Assembly (NCBI GenBank): GCA_050049995.1
Contig: JASFVE010000003.1
Span: 1 to 49,133 of the forward strand
Length of the DNA: 49,133 nucleotides
Reading direction: 5' to 3'
Source: Chlamydiota bacterium
GTDB taxonomy: Bacteria > Chlamydiota > Chlamydiia > Chlamydiales > SM23-39
The position numbers were made by a program, and so were the translations under genes. Under the pieces are notes generated by a model, which saw nothing but the letters and a program-made list of their open reading frames with translations, was not told the DNA's origin and searched no databases. This document shows, in pieces, positions 10,672-21,009 of the stretch (its first letter is position 1; the number at the start of each line of letters is the position of its first letter).

Positions 10672-10706
10672 GTGTAGCTCCCTATGAGAAAATTATTTTT
10701 TTTGAT

Positions 10707-13700
10707 TTATTCTTCAACATATTCAGGTCTAATGTCTAAGCAAAGTCCCTGCATTTCTTTTACAAGCACATTAAACGATTCTGGAGTACCAGCATCTAAA
10801 GTGTTTTCGCCTTTTACGATAGACTCATAAATTTTAGTTCGACCATCAACATCGTCCGACTTAACAGTCAACATCTCTTGCAACAAGTGGCCAGACCCAT
10901 AAGCCTCAAGTGCCCATACTTCCATCTCTCCAAATCTCTGACCACCCATCTGCGCTTTACCGCCTAATGGCTGCTGAGTAACTAAAGAGTATGGACCAAT
11001 AGAGCGAGCATGGATCTTATCAGCTACTAAGTGACCGAGTTTCATCATGTAGATGTAACCAACCACTACTCTGTTATAAAATCTTTCACCTGTTCTTCCA
11101 TCATATAAGTGCAACTTACCATCTTCCGATAAGTTCTGCTCTTTCATCATTTCCCAAATTTTCGATTCAGGGAAACCTTCAAAAACAGGACTCTTAACAT
11201 AGATTCCAGCTTTTTTAGCAGCAAAACCTAAGTGGGTTTCTAAAAGCTGTCCCATGTTCATACGAGATGGTACACCAAGAGGATTCAAAATGATTTCAAT
11301 GGTTTCACCATTTGACAGATAAGGCATATCCTCTTCTGGAACAATTTTAGCGACAACACCCTTGTTACCGTGTCGACCAGCCATTTTGTCACCAACTTGT
11401 AGCTTACGTTTTGTAGCTATATAAACCTTAACTTGTCTAATTACACCTGGATCAAGATCAGTATCACCCTTTTTCATCTGCTCAATTTCAGTCTTATGTT
11501 CAGATTCTAAAGTTTGCTGATCAAGTTCATAATCTCGCAATATGCGCTTAAACTGATGATACATCTCATTATCTTGCATGATGAGATTTTCTGATTCTTC
11601 AGCTTCTATTGTTTCAATCATGTCTTGGGTAATAACGTCACCTTCATTGATGATGATATCACCTGTAATACGGTGCATGATAGGACCAGGTGCCTTTTCA
11701 TTTAATAAAAGGGCTCCTAGTTTTTCATGAAACTCCATTTGAAGTTCTGCAAGTTCAGTTTTAAACTCACTTTGAATATCTTTAATTCTTGTAGCTTCTT
11801 CAACTAGTTCATCATCTGTTTTTGACAAACGGTCTCTTCTAGAATAAACAGCTATTTCTTTGACAATCGCATCAGTTCCAGGAGGAGCAATTAAGGAAGC
11901 ATCCTTAACATCTGCTGCTTTTTCACCAAAAATAGCTCTAAGAAGTCTCTCTTCAGGAGAAAGTTCAGTTTCAGACTTAGGTGTAATTTTACCAACAAGA
12001 ATATCCCCTTCCTTAACTTCTGCACCAATGCGGATAATTCCGTCATCGTCTAAGTTAGCTAATGCTTCTTCTGAAGCATTTGGAATATCTCTTGTAATTT
12101 CTTCTCTACCTAATTTTGTATCTCTAGAAGAAACATCGAACTCTTGTAAGTAAATTGAGGTAAACTTATCTTCCTCAACAACTTTTTGAGAAAGGATAAT
12201 AGCATCCTCATAGTTGTAACCACACCATGGCATAAAGGCTACAAGAACGTTTTTACCAAGCGCTATTTCACCCTTGTCTGTAGAAGGACCATCCGCAATG
12301 ATATCCCCTGCTAGGATCTTTTCTCCAACTTTAACAAGAGGTGTTTGGTTTATGCATGTTCCTGTATTGGAGCGCATAAACTTTTTAAGCTTGTACTCCT
12401 GCTTATTCAATGGATTATCTTTTGGGGCGATAATAATTTTAAAGCCATCCACATACTCTACAACACCGTCTTCTCTAGCTACAATCACAGCTCCTGAGTC
12501 TCTCGCAGCCTTAATTTCTAAACCTGTTCCCACATAAGGAGTTTCCGTTTTAAGAAGTGGTACTGCTTGCCTTTGCATGTTCGAACCCATAAGAGCTCTG
12601 TTAGCATCATCGTGTTCTAGAAATGGTATAAGTCCAGCTACAATAGAAACTGATTGCTTGGAAGAAACGTCCATATGAGTAACCTTAGAAGTTTCTACTT
12701 CCATAGGCTCTCCATTATGCCTACCCCAGCATATTTCATTTTCAAACATCTTGTATTCATCTAATATAGCAGAAGCCTGAGCTATTACATTTTCTTCTTC
12801 ATAGTCAGCAGTCATGTACTCAATTTCTTCTGAAACAACATTATCTCGAACCATGCGATAAGGGGTTTCAATAAATCCAAATTCATTGATTTTTGCAAAT
12901 GAAGACAGTGAAGTAATCAATCCAATGTTTGGACCTTCAGGTGTTTCAATAGGACAAATCCTACCATAGTGTGAAGAGTGAACGTCTCTAACCTCAAAGC
13001 CAGCACGTTCTCTATTCAGACCTCCTGGTCCTAAGCAAGAAAGTCTTCTCTTATGAGTTAGTTCTGCTATTGGGTTTGTCTGATCCATAAACTGAGACAG
13101 CTGAGATCTACCAAAGAAATCTTTTAGTACCCCAGCCAAACCTTTAGCAGATACGATTTTACCTGGAGTCATTGTGTCGGCAGAAAAATCGAAAAGATTC
13201 ATCCTTTCACGGATGATTTTTTCCATTCTGGCCAAGCCAATACGACATTGGTTTTGAACCAGCTCACCAACAGATCTTACTCTTCTATTTCCTAAGTGAT
13301 CAATGTCATCAACATTTACTTCGCTACTTCCAGTCTTTAAATCAATTAGGTATTTCAAAGCTGCAACAATGTCTTCTTTTTTCAATGTTACAGTAGCTAG
13401 CTCTTCATCTGTTGTTGGAAAGCCTAATTTGCGATTCATTTTATATCGACCAACGCGTCCCAAGTTATATCTACGAGGATCGAAGAATAACCTCATAATT
13501 GCAGATCTAGCATTGGAAAGTGTAGCTGGCTCACCTGGTCTAATCTTTCTATAAAAGTCTTTTAAGGCTGATTCATAAGAATCATTAGGATCCTTACTGA
13601 GCATTTTAATAATTGGATGTGTTTCATCTGCTTCTTCTGCTATACGGACTACTGAAATGTTTTCATCCAGCATTCTCTTAAGCATGGCAGTTGTCAGTTT

Positions 13701-14468
13701 TTCTCCAGCCTTACCAAATACTAAACCAGTGTTTTCATCGATAACATCTTCAGCTAAAATTTTACCAACAAGTTTAACAAAGTCTTTTTCTGATTTAATT
13801 TTAACTTTATATGTCTCAAAAAACTCTTCAATTATATCTGCATCAGTTGAGTATCCCAGTGTACGAATAAAAGAAGTTGCTAAAACCTTTCTTCTTCTTT
13901 TTTTACGATCAAAGAAAATATAGATTAAATCGTTATTATCGAATGAAGCTTCTAACCAACTTCCTCTGTATGGAATAATTCTAAATGAGTAAAGAATAGT
14001 CCCTTTTTGATGTCTTTCTTGTTCGAAAGATATTCCTGGGGATCTATGAAGTTGTGAAACAATAACTCTTTCTGCACCGTTAATAATAAACGTTCCATTT
14101 TCAGTCATGATGGGCAGGGTACCCATATATACTTCTTCTTCCTTAATACCTGTTTCATCAGTAAGTCTAAATTTGACTTTGAGAGTTACATTGTAAGTAA
14201 TGCCCCTTCTAATGCACTCCTCTGGAGAATATTTTGGTACACCTAAACTGTAAGAAATATATTCTAAAATGGTTTTTTCATCGTATGATTTGATAGGGAA
14301 AACTTCGCTAAAGACTTCTTGAAGCCCTTGATCTTTTCTTTCGTGAGGTAAATGGTCAGCTTGTAAAAATTGATTGTAAGACTTAATTTGAATTTCAATT
14401 AAGTTTGGAAGATCGATAATTTCTTCCTTTTCACGAAAACTCACCCTTTTAGGCGGCCTATTTTGCAT
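10707..14468 (-). CDS. rpoB: DNA-directed RNA polymerase subunit beta
   Basis: [40 protein letters not shown]. Confidence 0.99.
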   Translation of the reverse strand: MQNRPPKRVSFREKEEIIDLPNLIEIQIKSYNQFLQADHLPHERKDQGLQEVFSEVFPIKSYDEKTILEYISYSLGVPKYSPEECIRRGITYNVTLKVKFRLTDETGIKEEEVYMGTLPIMTENGTFIINGAERVIVSQLHRSPGISFEQERHQKGTILYSFRIIPYRGSWLEASFDNNDLIYIFFDRKKRRRKVLATSFIRTLGYSTDADIIEEFFETYKVKIKSEKDFVKLVGKILAEDVIDENTGLVFGKAGEKLTTAMLKRMLDENISVVRIAEEADETHPIIKMLSKDPNDSYESALKDFYRKIRPGEPATLSNARSAIMRLFFDPRRYNLGRVGRYKMNRKLGFPTTDEELATVTLKKEDIVAALKYLIDLKTGSSEVNVDDIDHLGNRRVRSVGELVQNQCRIGLARMEKIIRERMNLFDFSADTMTPGKIVSAKGLAGVLKDFFGRSQLSQFMDQTNPIAELTHKRRLSCLGPGGLNRERAGFEVRDVHSSHYGRICPIETPEGPNIGLITSLSSFAKINEFGFIETPYRMVRDNVVSEEIEYMTADYEEENVIAQASAILDEYKMFENEICWGRHNGEPMEVETSKVTHMDVSSKQSVSIVAGLIPFLEHDDANRALMGSNMQRQAVPLLKTETPYVGTGLEIKAARDSGAVIVAREDGVVEYVDGFKIIIAPKDNPLNKQEYKLKKFMRSNTGTCINQTPLVKVGEKILAGDIIADGPSTDKGEIALGKNVLVAFMPWCGYNYEDAIILSQKVVEEDKFTSIYLQEFDVSSRDTKLGREEITRDIPNASEEALANLDDDGIIRIGAEVKEGDILVGKITPKSETELSPEERLLRAIFGEKAADVKDASLIAPPGTDAIVKEIAVYSRRDRLSKTDDELVEEATRIKDIQSEFKTELAELQMEFHEKLGALLLNEKAPGPIMHRITGDIIINEGDVITQDMIETIEAEESENLIMQDNEMYHQFKRILRDYELDQQTLESEHKTEIEQMKKGDTDLDPGVIRQVKVYIATKRKLQVGDKMAGRHGNKGVVAKIVPEEDMPYLSNGETIEIILNPLGVPSRMNMGQLLETHLGFAAKKAGIYVKSPVFEGFPESKIWEMMKEQNLSEDGKLHLYDGRTGERFYNRVVVGYIYMMKLGHLVADKIHARSIGPYSLVTQQPLGGKAQMGGQRFGEMEVWALEAYGSGHLLQEMLTVKSDDVDGRTKIYESIVKGENTLDAGTPESFNVLVKEMQGLCLDIRPEYVEE

Positions 14469-14561
14469 TGTGTATAGCTCCTGTGGAATTCTTTAGGATT
14501 TTAAAAAATTTACGCAAATACAAGCGCACAATTATAAATACTAACAAATTAAAAAATTTTT

Positions 14562-14580
14562 GGGGAGATAATTACTCCCC
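14562..14580 (-). terminator. rplL-rpoB intergenic hairpin (attenuator-like)
   Basis: GGGGAG-7nt-CTCCCC stem; on the minus strand it is followed by AAAAA then a T run, so it is not a canonical terminator. Confidence 0.4.
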
Positions 14581-14598
14581 TGCTTCTTAAAAAAAATC

Positions 14599-14994
14599 TT
14601 ACAGACCTTTTAAAGAAACTTTTCCGCCTGCTGTTTCAAGCTTTTTCTTGATTTCTTCAGCTTCAGCTTTAGGAGCGCTATCCTTAAGAACTTTAGGAGC
14701 AGATTCTACTAATTCTTTTGCTTCTTTAAGTCCTAAGCTTGTAATTTCACGTACAGCTTTAATGACAGCAATTTTTTTATCAGCAGGTGCTTCTTCTAAA
14801 GTAACTTGGAAGTCAGTAGCTTCTGCTGCTGCTTCTGCTCCAGCTCCGCCTGCTGCAGGAGCTGCCGCTACAACAGCCTGAGCTGCTGCTGCTTTAACGC
14901 CCCATTTCTCTTCCAATGCGCTTTTTAATTCTGCCATCTCTAAAACGGTGAGACCACTTAGTTGTTCTACTAGTTCCTCAATATTCTTACTCAC
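14599..14994 (-). CDS. rplL: 50S ribosomal protein L7/L12
   Basis: [19 protein letters not shown], Ala-rich hinge, [11 protein letters not shown]; GTG start with GAGAGG RBS. Confidence 0.98.
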   Translation of the reverse strand: MSKNIEELVEQLSGLTVLEMAELKSALEEKWGVKAAAAQAVVAAAPAAGGAGAEAAAEATDFQVTLEEAPADKKIAVIKAVREITSLGLKEAKELVESAPKVLKDSAPKAEAEEIKKKLETAGGKVSLKGL

Positions 14995-15024
14995 GGTTAT
15001 TACCTCTCAATTGATAAATTAAAA

Positions 15025-15540
15025 TTAACTTGTTTGTTCGCTTTTATTTTGCAAGCAGTACATTACACTTGTAAGTAGACTTTGCATCACAGATAGAGTT
15101 TGTGACATTGGCGCTTCTAACAACCCAATAAATTGAGCACGCATATCTTGCATGCCTGGCAATTTTGATAGTTTTTCTACATCTTCAGAACTATAAGTCT
15201 GACCGTCAAACTTCCCAAAAAGTACTTTAAGTTCAGCTCCATTTTCCTTATTGAATTGAAATAAGAACTTAGCTGGTTCAACAGGCTCTGTTTCAGCAAA
15301 AAGAACGCCAATATGACCATCTAGGTCTTTTAAGTCGACTTCCATGCCACATTCTTCAGCTGCTTTAATAAAAACTCTTTTTTTAACAATTTCATATGAA
15401 CCATTTAGACCCCTTAGTCTATCTCGGAAATCCCAAGAGACATTAGGTGTAAATGCTTGATAATTGGTTACAATCATCGCATTAGATGACTGAATTTTAT
15501 CCTTGATTTCATCTAGTAACAGTTGTTTCTCTGATCGCAT
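15025..15540 (-). CDS. rplJ: 50S ribosomal protein L10
   Basis: MRSEKQLLLDEI, LSKLPG...RAQFIGLLEAPM; position in the operon. Confidence 0.96.
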   Translation of the reverse strand: MRSEKQLLLDEIKDKIQSSNAMIVTNYQAFTPNVSWDFRDRLRGLNGSYEIVKKRVFIKAAEECGMEVDLKDLDGHIGVLFAETEPVEPAKFLFQFNKENGAELKVLFGKFDGQTYSSEDVEKLSKLPGMQDMRAQFIGLLEAPMSQTLSVMQSLLTSVMYCLQNKSEQTS

Positions 15541-15555
15541 AACTTCTCTTTATGT

Positions 15556-16251
15556 TTAGATAATTGAATGTGCATCAATTTTTAAACCTGGCCCCATTGT
15601 TGAGGACAAATAAAAAGATTGAATGTAAGCACCTTTTGCACTTGCAGGTTTTGCTCTAAGTATTGCAGAAAGAATTGCTTTAATATTCTCAAGCAAATCA
15701 TCAATACTAAAAGAAAGCTTTCCAACTAAGTTATTTATAACAGCGCTTTTGTCTACTTTAAATTCAACTTTACCAGCTTTAAGTTCAGAAACAGCTTTTG
15801 AAACATCGTTAGTTACTGTTCCAGCTTTAGGTGATGGCATAAGACCACGTGGCCCTAGAACCTTCCCAAGCTTTCCAACTTCTCTCATCATGTCAGGAGT
15901 TGATACCACTGCATCAAAACCTGTCCAGCCGCTATTTACTTTTTGAAGAATTTCTTCGTTGCCAGCAAAATCTGCTCCTGCATCCAAAGCTTCTTTAACT
16001 TTGTCTCCTTTACAAAAAACCAGAACTTTTAATTCTTTACCTGTTCCCTTAGGAAGAGAGACAGTACCTCTTACCTGCTGATCTGATTTCTTAGGATCAA
16101 CACCCATTTTTAAAGAGATTTCTACAGACTGGTCAAATTTGACAGGAGGACATTTTTTCAAAGCTTCAACAGCTTCCTGTAAAGTATACAGTTTTTTTTC
16201 TTCGTCAATGCACTTTGTTATTTCTTTTTGTCTTTTCGTTTCCTTAGCCAT
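15556..16251 (-). CDS. rplA: 50S ribosomal protein L1
   Basis: [42 protein letters not shown]. Confidence 0.98.
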   Translation of the reverse strand: MAKETKRQKEITKCIDEEKKLYTLQEAVEALKKCPPVKFDQSVEISLKMGVDPKKSDQQVRGTVSLPKGTGKELKVLVFCKGDKVKEALDAGADFAGNEEILQKVNSGWTGFDAVVSTPDMMREVGKLGKVLGPRGLMPSPKAGTVTNDVSKAVSELKAGKVEFKVDKSAVINNLVGKLSFSIDDLLENIKAILSAILRAKPASAKGAYIQSFYLSSTMGPGLKIDAHSII

Positions 16252-16252
16252 T

Positions 16253-16681
16253 TTATCCCTCTACTATATCAATACCCATGGAACGAGCAGTTCCCATTAC
16301 TATCGCATCAGCAGCTTCATCTGAAGCCACTCTTAAGTCAGGTCTTTTTTTAGTTGCTACTTTTCTCACCTGTGACTTTGTCATTTTTCCAACCTTATCT
16401 CTATTAGGAACGCCTGATCCTGACTGAATACCAACTTCCTTTAAGATTAGCTGCGCCATTGGTGGCTGTTTTGTGACAAATGTAAATGATTTGTCTGCAA
16501 AAACTGATATTTCAACAGGTAGTACATCTCCTGCTTTATCTTGCGTTTTAGCATTAAACTCCTTGCAAAATGCCATGATATTTACACCGGCCGCTCCTAA
16601 GGCAGGACCTATTGGCGGTGCAGGATTTGCTTTACCAGCAGGAATTTGTAATTTAATAAGTTTAACGACCTTTTTTGCCAT
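16253..16681 (-). CDS. rplK: 50S ribosomal protein L11
   Basis: [36 protein letters not shown]. Confidence 0.99.
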   Translation of the reverse strand: MAKKVVKLIKLQIPAGKANPAPPIGPALGAAGVNIMAFCKEFNAKTQDKAGDVLPVEISVFADKSFTFVTKQPPMAQLILKEVGIQSGSGVPNRDKVGKMTKSQVRKVATKKRPDLRVASDEAADAIVMGTARSMGIDIVEG

Positions 16682-16692
16682 TGCTTGTCCCC

Positions 16693-17238
16693 TTATAGAT
16701 CACTTTCATTAGTTACTTCTTCAACTTGCCAGAACTCTAAATCATCTACTCGAGTATCCCTTCCAAAGATCGAAACTAAAACACTTAAGCGACCTTTATC
16801 ATGAAATACTTCTGTAACTGTCCCAACAAAATTAACAAAAACACCGTCAGTAATTTTTACCTTGTCACCAACTTCAATTTTATGTTTTTGAACAACACCT
16901 TTTTTCTTTTCTTCTAGCTCATGCAAGATTTGCTCAACTTCTCTTTCACTTAAAGCTGTAGGTTTTTCTCCACCTAAAAAGTCAATGACACCATTAGAAT
17001 TTTTTACATATGCCCAAGACTCATCCGTAAGAGTCATTTTTATTAGGACATAACCAGGCCATAGTCTTTTTTCTGTAACTTTTTGTTCACCTTTTTTTAC
17101 TTCAGAGACTTTTTCGGAAGGAACAACTACTTCTTCGATTAAATCAGCCATACCTTTGGCTTCAATAAATTCTTCAATAGCTTTTTTTACTTTCTTTTCA
17201 TGTCCAGACAATACCTGAAGAACATACCACTTATGCAT
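16693..17238 (-). CDS. nusG: transcription termination/antitermination factor NusG
   Basis: [24 protein letters not shown] domain, [10 protein letters not shown]. Confidence 0.98.
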   Translation of the reverse strand: MHKWYVLQVLSGHEKKVKKAIEEFIEAKGMADLIEEVVVPSEKVSEVKKGEQKVTEKRLWPGYVLIKMTLTDESWAYVKNSNGVIDFLGGEKPTALSEREVEQILHELEEKKKGVVQKHKIEVGDKVKITDGVFVNFVGTVTEVFHDKGRLSVLVSIFGRDTRVDDLEFWQVEEVTNESDL

Positions 17239-17245
17239 CTTTCAA

Positions 17246-17485
17246 TTATCCTCCGATAAACTTTGCAATTGAAGAAATAAGATAAAGTGATCCTTGAATC
17301 ATTAAATCCATAATATAAATTCCAGTCCCTAATAAAAAAATCGAACCTATTACAATCTTTGTACAGTTTTTTAATTCTTCTTTAGAAGTCCAAGAAACTT
17401 TCTTTAGTTCTTGCTGTACTTCACGAAGAAAAAAACCTTTCTTTTTAGAGGTAGCTTTTGTCTTAAATTGAGCTTTAGCTTGCAT
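17246..17485 (-). CDS. secE: preprotein translocase subunit SecE
   Basis: ELKKVSWTSKEEL followed by a TM helix; true start is ATG 17485, since the longer track ORF reads through tRNA-Trp. Confidence 0.93.
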   Translation of the reverse strand: MQAKAQFKTKATSKKKGFFLREVQQELKKVSWTSKEELKNCTKIVIGSIFLLGTGIYIMDLMIQGSLYLISSIAKFIGG

Positions 17486-17505
17486 AATACTCTCTTTTAT
17501 TTCAT

Positions 17506-17579
17506 CGAGTGCGGAGGGACTCGAACCCCCGACCGGCGACTTTGGAGATCGCTGCTCTACCAAACTGAGCTACACACCC
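17506..17579 (-). tRNA. trnW: tRNA-Trp(CCA)
   Basis: Reverse complement folds as a cloverleaf: acceptor GGGTGTG/CGCACTC, anticodon arm GCGAT-CT CCA AA-GTCGC, T-loop GGTTCGAGTCC; the 3' CCA is not encoded. Confidence 0.96.
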
Positions 17580-17580
17580 C

Positions 17581-17607
17581 TTTGACCCCTTAGCAAAAGG
17601 GGTCAAA
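17581..17607. other. stem-loop between tuf and tRNA-Trp
   Basis: TTTGACCCCTT-AGCAA-AAGGGGTCAAA inverted repeat abutting the tRNA 5' end. Confidence 0.7.
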
Positions 17608-17618
17608 AAAGTTATATA

Positions 17619-18803
17619 CTACTCAATAATTTTTGATACAGTACCAGCACCAATTGTTCTGCCACCTTCTCGGATCGCAAAACGCATACCTTCTTCCATA
17701 GCAACTGGCTGAATCAGTTCAGCTGTAATCTCAACGCTATCACCAGGCATAACCATTTCTGTTCCTTCAGGAAGCGTTAGAGTACCTGTAACATCTGTAG
17801 TTCTAATAAAGAACTGTGGTCGGTAGCCAGTAAAGAATGGCTTATGACGTCCACCTTCATCTTTTGTTAAGATGTAAACAGCACCAGTAAATTTTTTGTG
17901 TGGCTTACATGTACCAGGAGCTGCAAGAACCATTCCTCTTTCAACGTCCTCTTTACCGATACCACGAAGAAGAGCACCTACGTTCTCCCCTGCTTGCGCT
18001 TCATCAAGAACTTTGTTGAACATCTCAAGTCCAGTACAAACTGTGTCTCTTGTTTCTCTAAGACCAATAATTTGAACTTTATCGTTAACTTTTACAACAC
18101 CTCTTTCTACCCTTCCAGTAACAACTGTACCACGGCCAGAGATAGAGAAAACGTCTTCAATTGGCATTAAGAATGGCTTGTCAACTTCACGAGCTGGTGT
18201 TGGGATTTTTTCATCCACAGTTTTCATCAATTCTTCAATAGAAGCAATAGCTTCAGGATCACCTTCTAGAGCCTTCAAAGCAGATCCCCTGATAATAGGA
18301 GCATCTTTATATCCTTTTTCTTCTAATAGCTCAGTAAGTTCCATTTCAACTAGATCTACAAGCTCTTCGTCACCTTTTCCAATTTGGTCCATTTTGTTAA
18401 GAAATACAACAATATTAGGTACACCAACCTGACGAGCAAGTAAGATATGCTCTTTAGTTTGAGGCATAGGTCCGTCTGTAGCTGCAACCACAAGAATGGC
18501 TCCGTCCATTTGAGCTGCACCTGTAATCATGTTTTTTACATAGTCAGCGTGACCTGGACAGTCAACGTGAGCATAGTGTCTATTTTCTGTTTGGTACTCT
18601 ACGTGAGACGAGTTGATTGTAATACCTCTTGCTTTTTCCTCAGGAGAGTTGTCAATAGACTCGTAACTTCTTTTTTGAGCGCCACCTTTATTTGCAAGTA
18701 CATCTGTAATCGCAGCGGTAAGCGTTGTCTTACCATGGTCAACGTGACCAATGGTTCCAATATTAAGATGGGGTTTTGTTCTTTGAAATGTTTCTTTTGC
18801 CAT
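17619..18803 (-). CDS. tuf: elongation factor Tu
   Basis: [38 protein letters not shown]. Confidence 0.99.
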   Translation of the reverse strand: MAKETFQRTKPHLNIGTIGHVDHGKTTLTAAITDVLANKGGAQKRSYESIDNSPEEKARGITINSSHVEYQTENRHYAHVDCPGHADYVKNMITGAAQMDGAILVVAATDGPMPQTKEHILLARQVGVPNIVVFLNKMDQIGKGDEELVDLVEMELTELLEEKGYKDAPIIRGSALKALEGDPEAIASIEELMKTVDEKIPTPAREVDKPFLMPIEDVFSISGRGTVVTGRVERGVVKVNDKVQIIGLRETRDTVCTGLEMFNKVLDEAQAGENVGALLRGIGKEDVERGMVLAAPGTCKPHKKFTGAVYILTKDEGGRHKPFFTGYRPQFFIRTTDVTGTLTLPEGTEMVMPGDSVEITAELIQPVAMEEGMRFAIREGGRTIGAGTVSKIIE

Positions 18804-18851
18804 TCTAAAATCCTCCGTAAGGCAACTGAATTTTTTAATAGTATTTTTTCT

Positions 18852-18923
18852 TGCCCAGAATAGGAATTGAACCTATGACCTTTTGCTTACCATGCAAATG
18901 CTCTACCTCTGAGCTACCTGGGC
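18852..18923 (-). tRNA. trnT: tRNA-Thr(GGT)
   Basis: Reverse complement GCCCAGG TAGCTCAG...TTTGC-AT GGT AA-GCAAA...GGTTCAATTCC...TCTGGGC A. Confidence 0.96.
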
Positions 18924-19001
18924 ATTTAAATCTTCACAGTATGAAAGCTTAATAGCTTATAGTTTAATTGCAAAAAAATCAATATCTCTTAAAAATAAAG
19001 A

Positions 19002-19220
19002 TTATTTTTGACGATATACAATTCTAGCTTTCGTTAAATCATAGGGCGACATCTCTACGGTAACTGTATCTCCAGCATATACACGAATGTTGCGCATTCT
19101 CATTTTTCCGCAAAGATGAGCGATTACCCTCATCCCATTTTCTAGGATTACTTGAAAAGTCATATTAGGAAGGAGTTCTTCTATGCGGCCTTCAATTCTT
19201 AATGTTTCTTCTTTGGTCAT
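19002..19220 (-). CDS. infA: translation initiation factor IF-1
   Basis: [11 protein letters not shown]...[12 protein letters not shown]...[31 protein letters not shown]; start ATG 19220. Confidence 0.97.
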   Translation of the reverse strand: MTKEETLRIEGRIEELLPNMTFQVILENGMRVIAHLCGKMRMRNIRVYAGDTVTVEMSPYDLTKARIVYRQK

Positions 19221-19316
19221 AGGTTTTTGTTTATCATTGTGATATGAAAATGCTATCATGAAACAGTATCAAGAGCTTATTGTCAATAAAAACCATTATG
19301 GATTACATTTTTTCTT

Positions 19317-19745
19317 ATGACTTTTAAAAATAAAATAAAAATTCTTCATCAAGAATTCCCTTCTAACCTATCTAAGGAAGAAAGATACTTAAAAATTATC
19401 TCATTTTCAAAATATATAAACCCTTATTTAAATGAGGGTTTTAAGGATGATCATTTGGTGCAAGGCTGCCAAAGTGTCACTTACATTTCTAGCCATATTG
19501 ATAAAGGCAATATTTTTTTTAAAGCAAAATCAGATGCCTTGATAACAAAAGGGCTTGTTGGAGTTTTACTTTTTTTATTTAACGGTGAAACTCCAGAAAA
19601 AATTTTACAATTTAACGATGCCCTTTTTACTGAACTTCAAATTTTCAGCAGCCTTTCACCCAATAGGTCGAATGGACTTTCACAAATGATTCTGCACTGC
19701 AAAAAGCTTAGTTTGCATTTAATTCTGCAAAATTCTCACCAATGA
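19317..19745 (+). CDS. sufE: SufE family Fe-S cluster sulfur-acceptor protein
   Basis: VQGCQS catalytic Cys, SDALITKGL, LSPNRSNGL. Confidence 0.92.
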   Translation: MTFKNKIKILHQEFPSNLSKEERYLKIISFSKYINPYLNEGFKDDHLVQGCQSVTYISSHIDKGNIFFKAKSDALITKGLVGVLLFLFNGETPEKILQFNDALFTELQIFSSLSPNRSNGLSQMILHCKKLSLHLILQNSHQ

Positions 19746-20959
19746 GAGAGAATATTTTTAATTTGTGAAGTAACAACTAAACAGGAAAATGCTAAGAGTA
19801 CATACATAAGAAACTTATCTCCCCACATCCTGTAAGGTCCCTTTTTGTTCAAATAATATCTACCTGAATAAACCATTAGAATTGGAAGCATCCCATTTAA
19901 GATAGCATCTCCAAAACCTCCCGTTACTTCCAAAGATAAAATAAATGCCCTTGGGAAAATTATACCGAAAGCAAGAGACGGCAACAACACTAGCGCCCCA
20001 AGGCCTAGCTTTCTCATCCCCTTTTTAGTGATTTTAAGTGAATCTGCTAAAAAGTCATAAAGGCTCAATGATATCCCCAAAAACGAGGTGACAATCGCGA
20101 AAAAGGCAAAAAAATCTGAAAATTTTACAAAAATATTATTATCGACAGCATGTCTAATAGACTCAGTTGCAGGGTGCCCTTGTTCTTTTGCAAAACTTAA
20201 ACCGAATTCTCCTTCAAAAGTAATAGAACCTAAAACTATCCATTGCCAAATCAAATAAACAATGAGTGGAATAAACGTTCCCAATAGAATTGCATTTCTA
20301 CATTTCCTCGCATCCCTTTTCAAATAAGGGGTAAGAGAAGGAACAATCATTTGAAAACTAAAAATAGTGAGTAGAATAGGCAAAGTTGTAAAAACATCTC
20401 CCCAACTTTCCCTAACAAGATTGGTAAGTCTTATTTCAGTAACACCGCTAATAATAAGACCTAAATAGGCCATAATCATTCCAACAACTAAAACTCCATT
20501 GATTCTACCTAAAAACTTAGTCCCTAAAAAAAGTATAAAACCAAAAACTATGGTAAAAATAACGGAGCCTTCCCATTGCACCATAGAGACGTCAAAAAAG
20601 TTTTTAAAAAGATTTTCTATGAGCTTTCCCCCGCCTGTAACATAAGCTACAAGCGATGCGTACGCCATAAAAAGAAATAAACCTAAGCTCAAATACTTTC
20701 CGAATCTACCAAGTAAGCGGGAAGCCATGGTCATAATATGCGTACCTTCTTCCATCCACAAATTTGCTTCGATCAAATAAAGGGCTGTAAGAGTCATAAA
20801 AGCCCAAGCGACAAGCATTGCTAGCGATGAAGGAATAAACCCAGCAAGACTAGTATCGACTGGCAGAGCTAACATGCCTCCACCAATACAGGTACCCGAA
20901 ATCAGTAAAGTAGCACCCCAAAAATTCCCGTTGTTGTTACTCATTTTTCTTTTTTCCAT
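19736..20959 (-). CDS. tyrP: aromatic amino acid (Tyr/Trp) permease, HAAAP family
   Basis: GATLLISGTCIGGGMLALP, EANLW, FAIVTSFLGISLSLYDFLAD; multiple TM helices. Start could be ATG 20944. Confidence 0.85.
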   Translation of the reverse strand: MEKRKMSNNNGNFWGATLLISGTCIGGGMLALPVDTSLAGFIPSSLAMLVAWAFMTLTALYLIEANLWMEEGTHIMTMASRLLGRFGKYLSLGLFLFMAYASLVAYVTGGGKLIENLFKNFFDVSMVQWEGSVIFTIVFGFILFLGTKFLGRINGVLVVGMIMAYLGLIISGVTEIRLTNLVRESWGDVFTTLPILLTIFSFQMIVPSLTPYLKRDARKCRNAILLGTFIPLIVYLIWQWIVLGSITFEGEFGLSFAKEQGHPATESIRHAVDNNIFVKFSDFFAFFAIVTSFLGISLSLYDFLADSLKITKKGMRKLGLGALVLLPSLAFGIIFPRAFILSLEVTGGFGDAILNGMLPILMVYSGRYYLNKKGPYRMWGDKFLMYVLLAFSCLVVTSQIKNILSHW

Positions 20960-21009
20960 TTTTTGCTAAAAGTTTAGGCGATTGGTTTTTAAGAAAAAAG
21001 AGCTATTTT

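Noticed and set aside
14439-14450. RVxF-like KRVSF at the RpoB N-terminus
   Set aside because: Part of the normal N-terminal strand of a non-secreted housekeeping protein. It shows that single RVxF matches arise by chance.
15541-15555. Ribosomal protein L10 leader upstream of rplJ
   Set aside because: Only 15 bp separate rplA and rplJ, leaving no room for the structured leader.
17486-17563. N-terminal extension of SecE in the ORF track (MVEQRSPKSPVGGSSPS...)
   Set aside because: It is the tRNA-Trp sequence read in frame; the real start is ATG 17485.
7084-18863. Many 60-140-aa ORFs antisense to, or in alternative frames of, rpoC, rpoB, r-protein genes and tuf
   Set aside because: Shadow ORFs of highly conserved genes; no motifs or RBS support.
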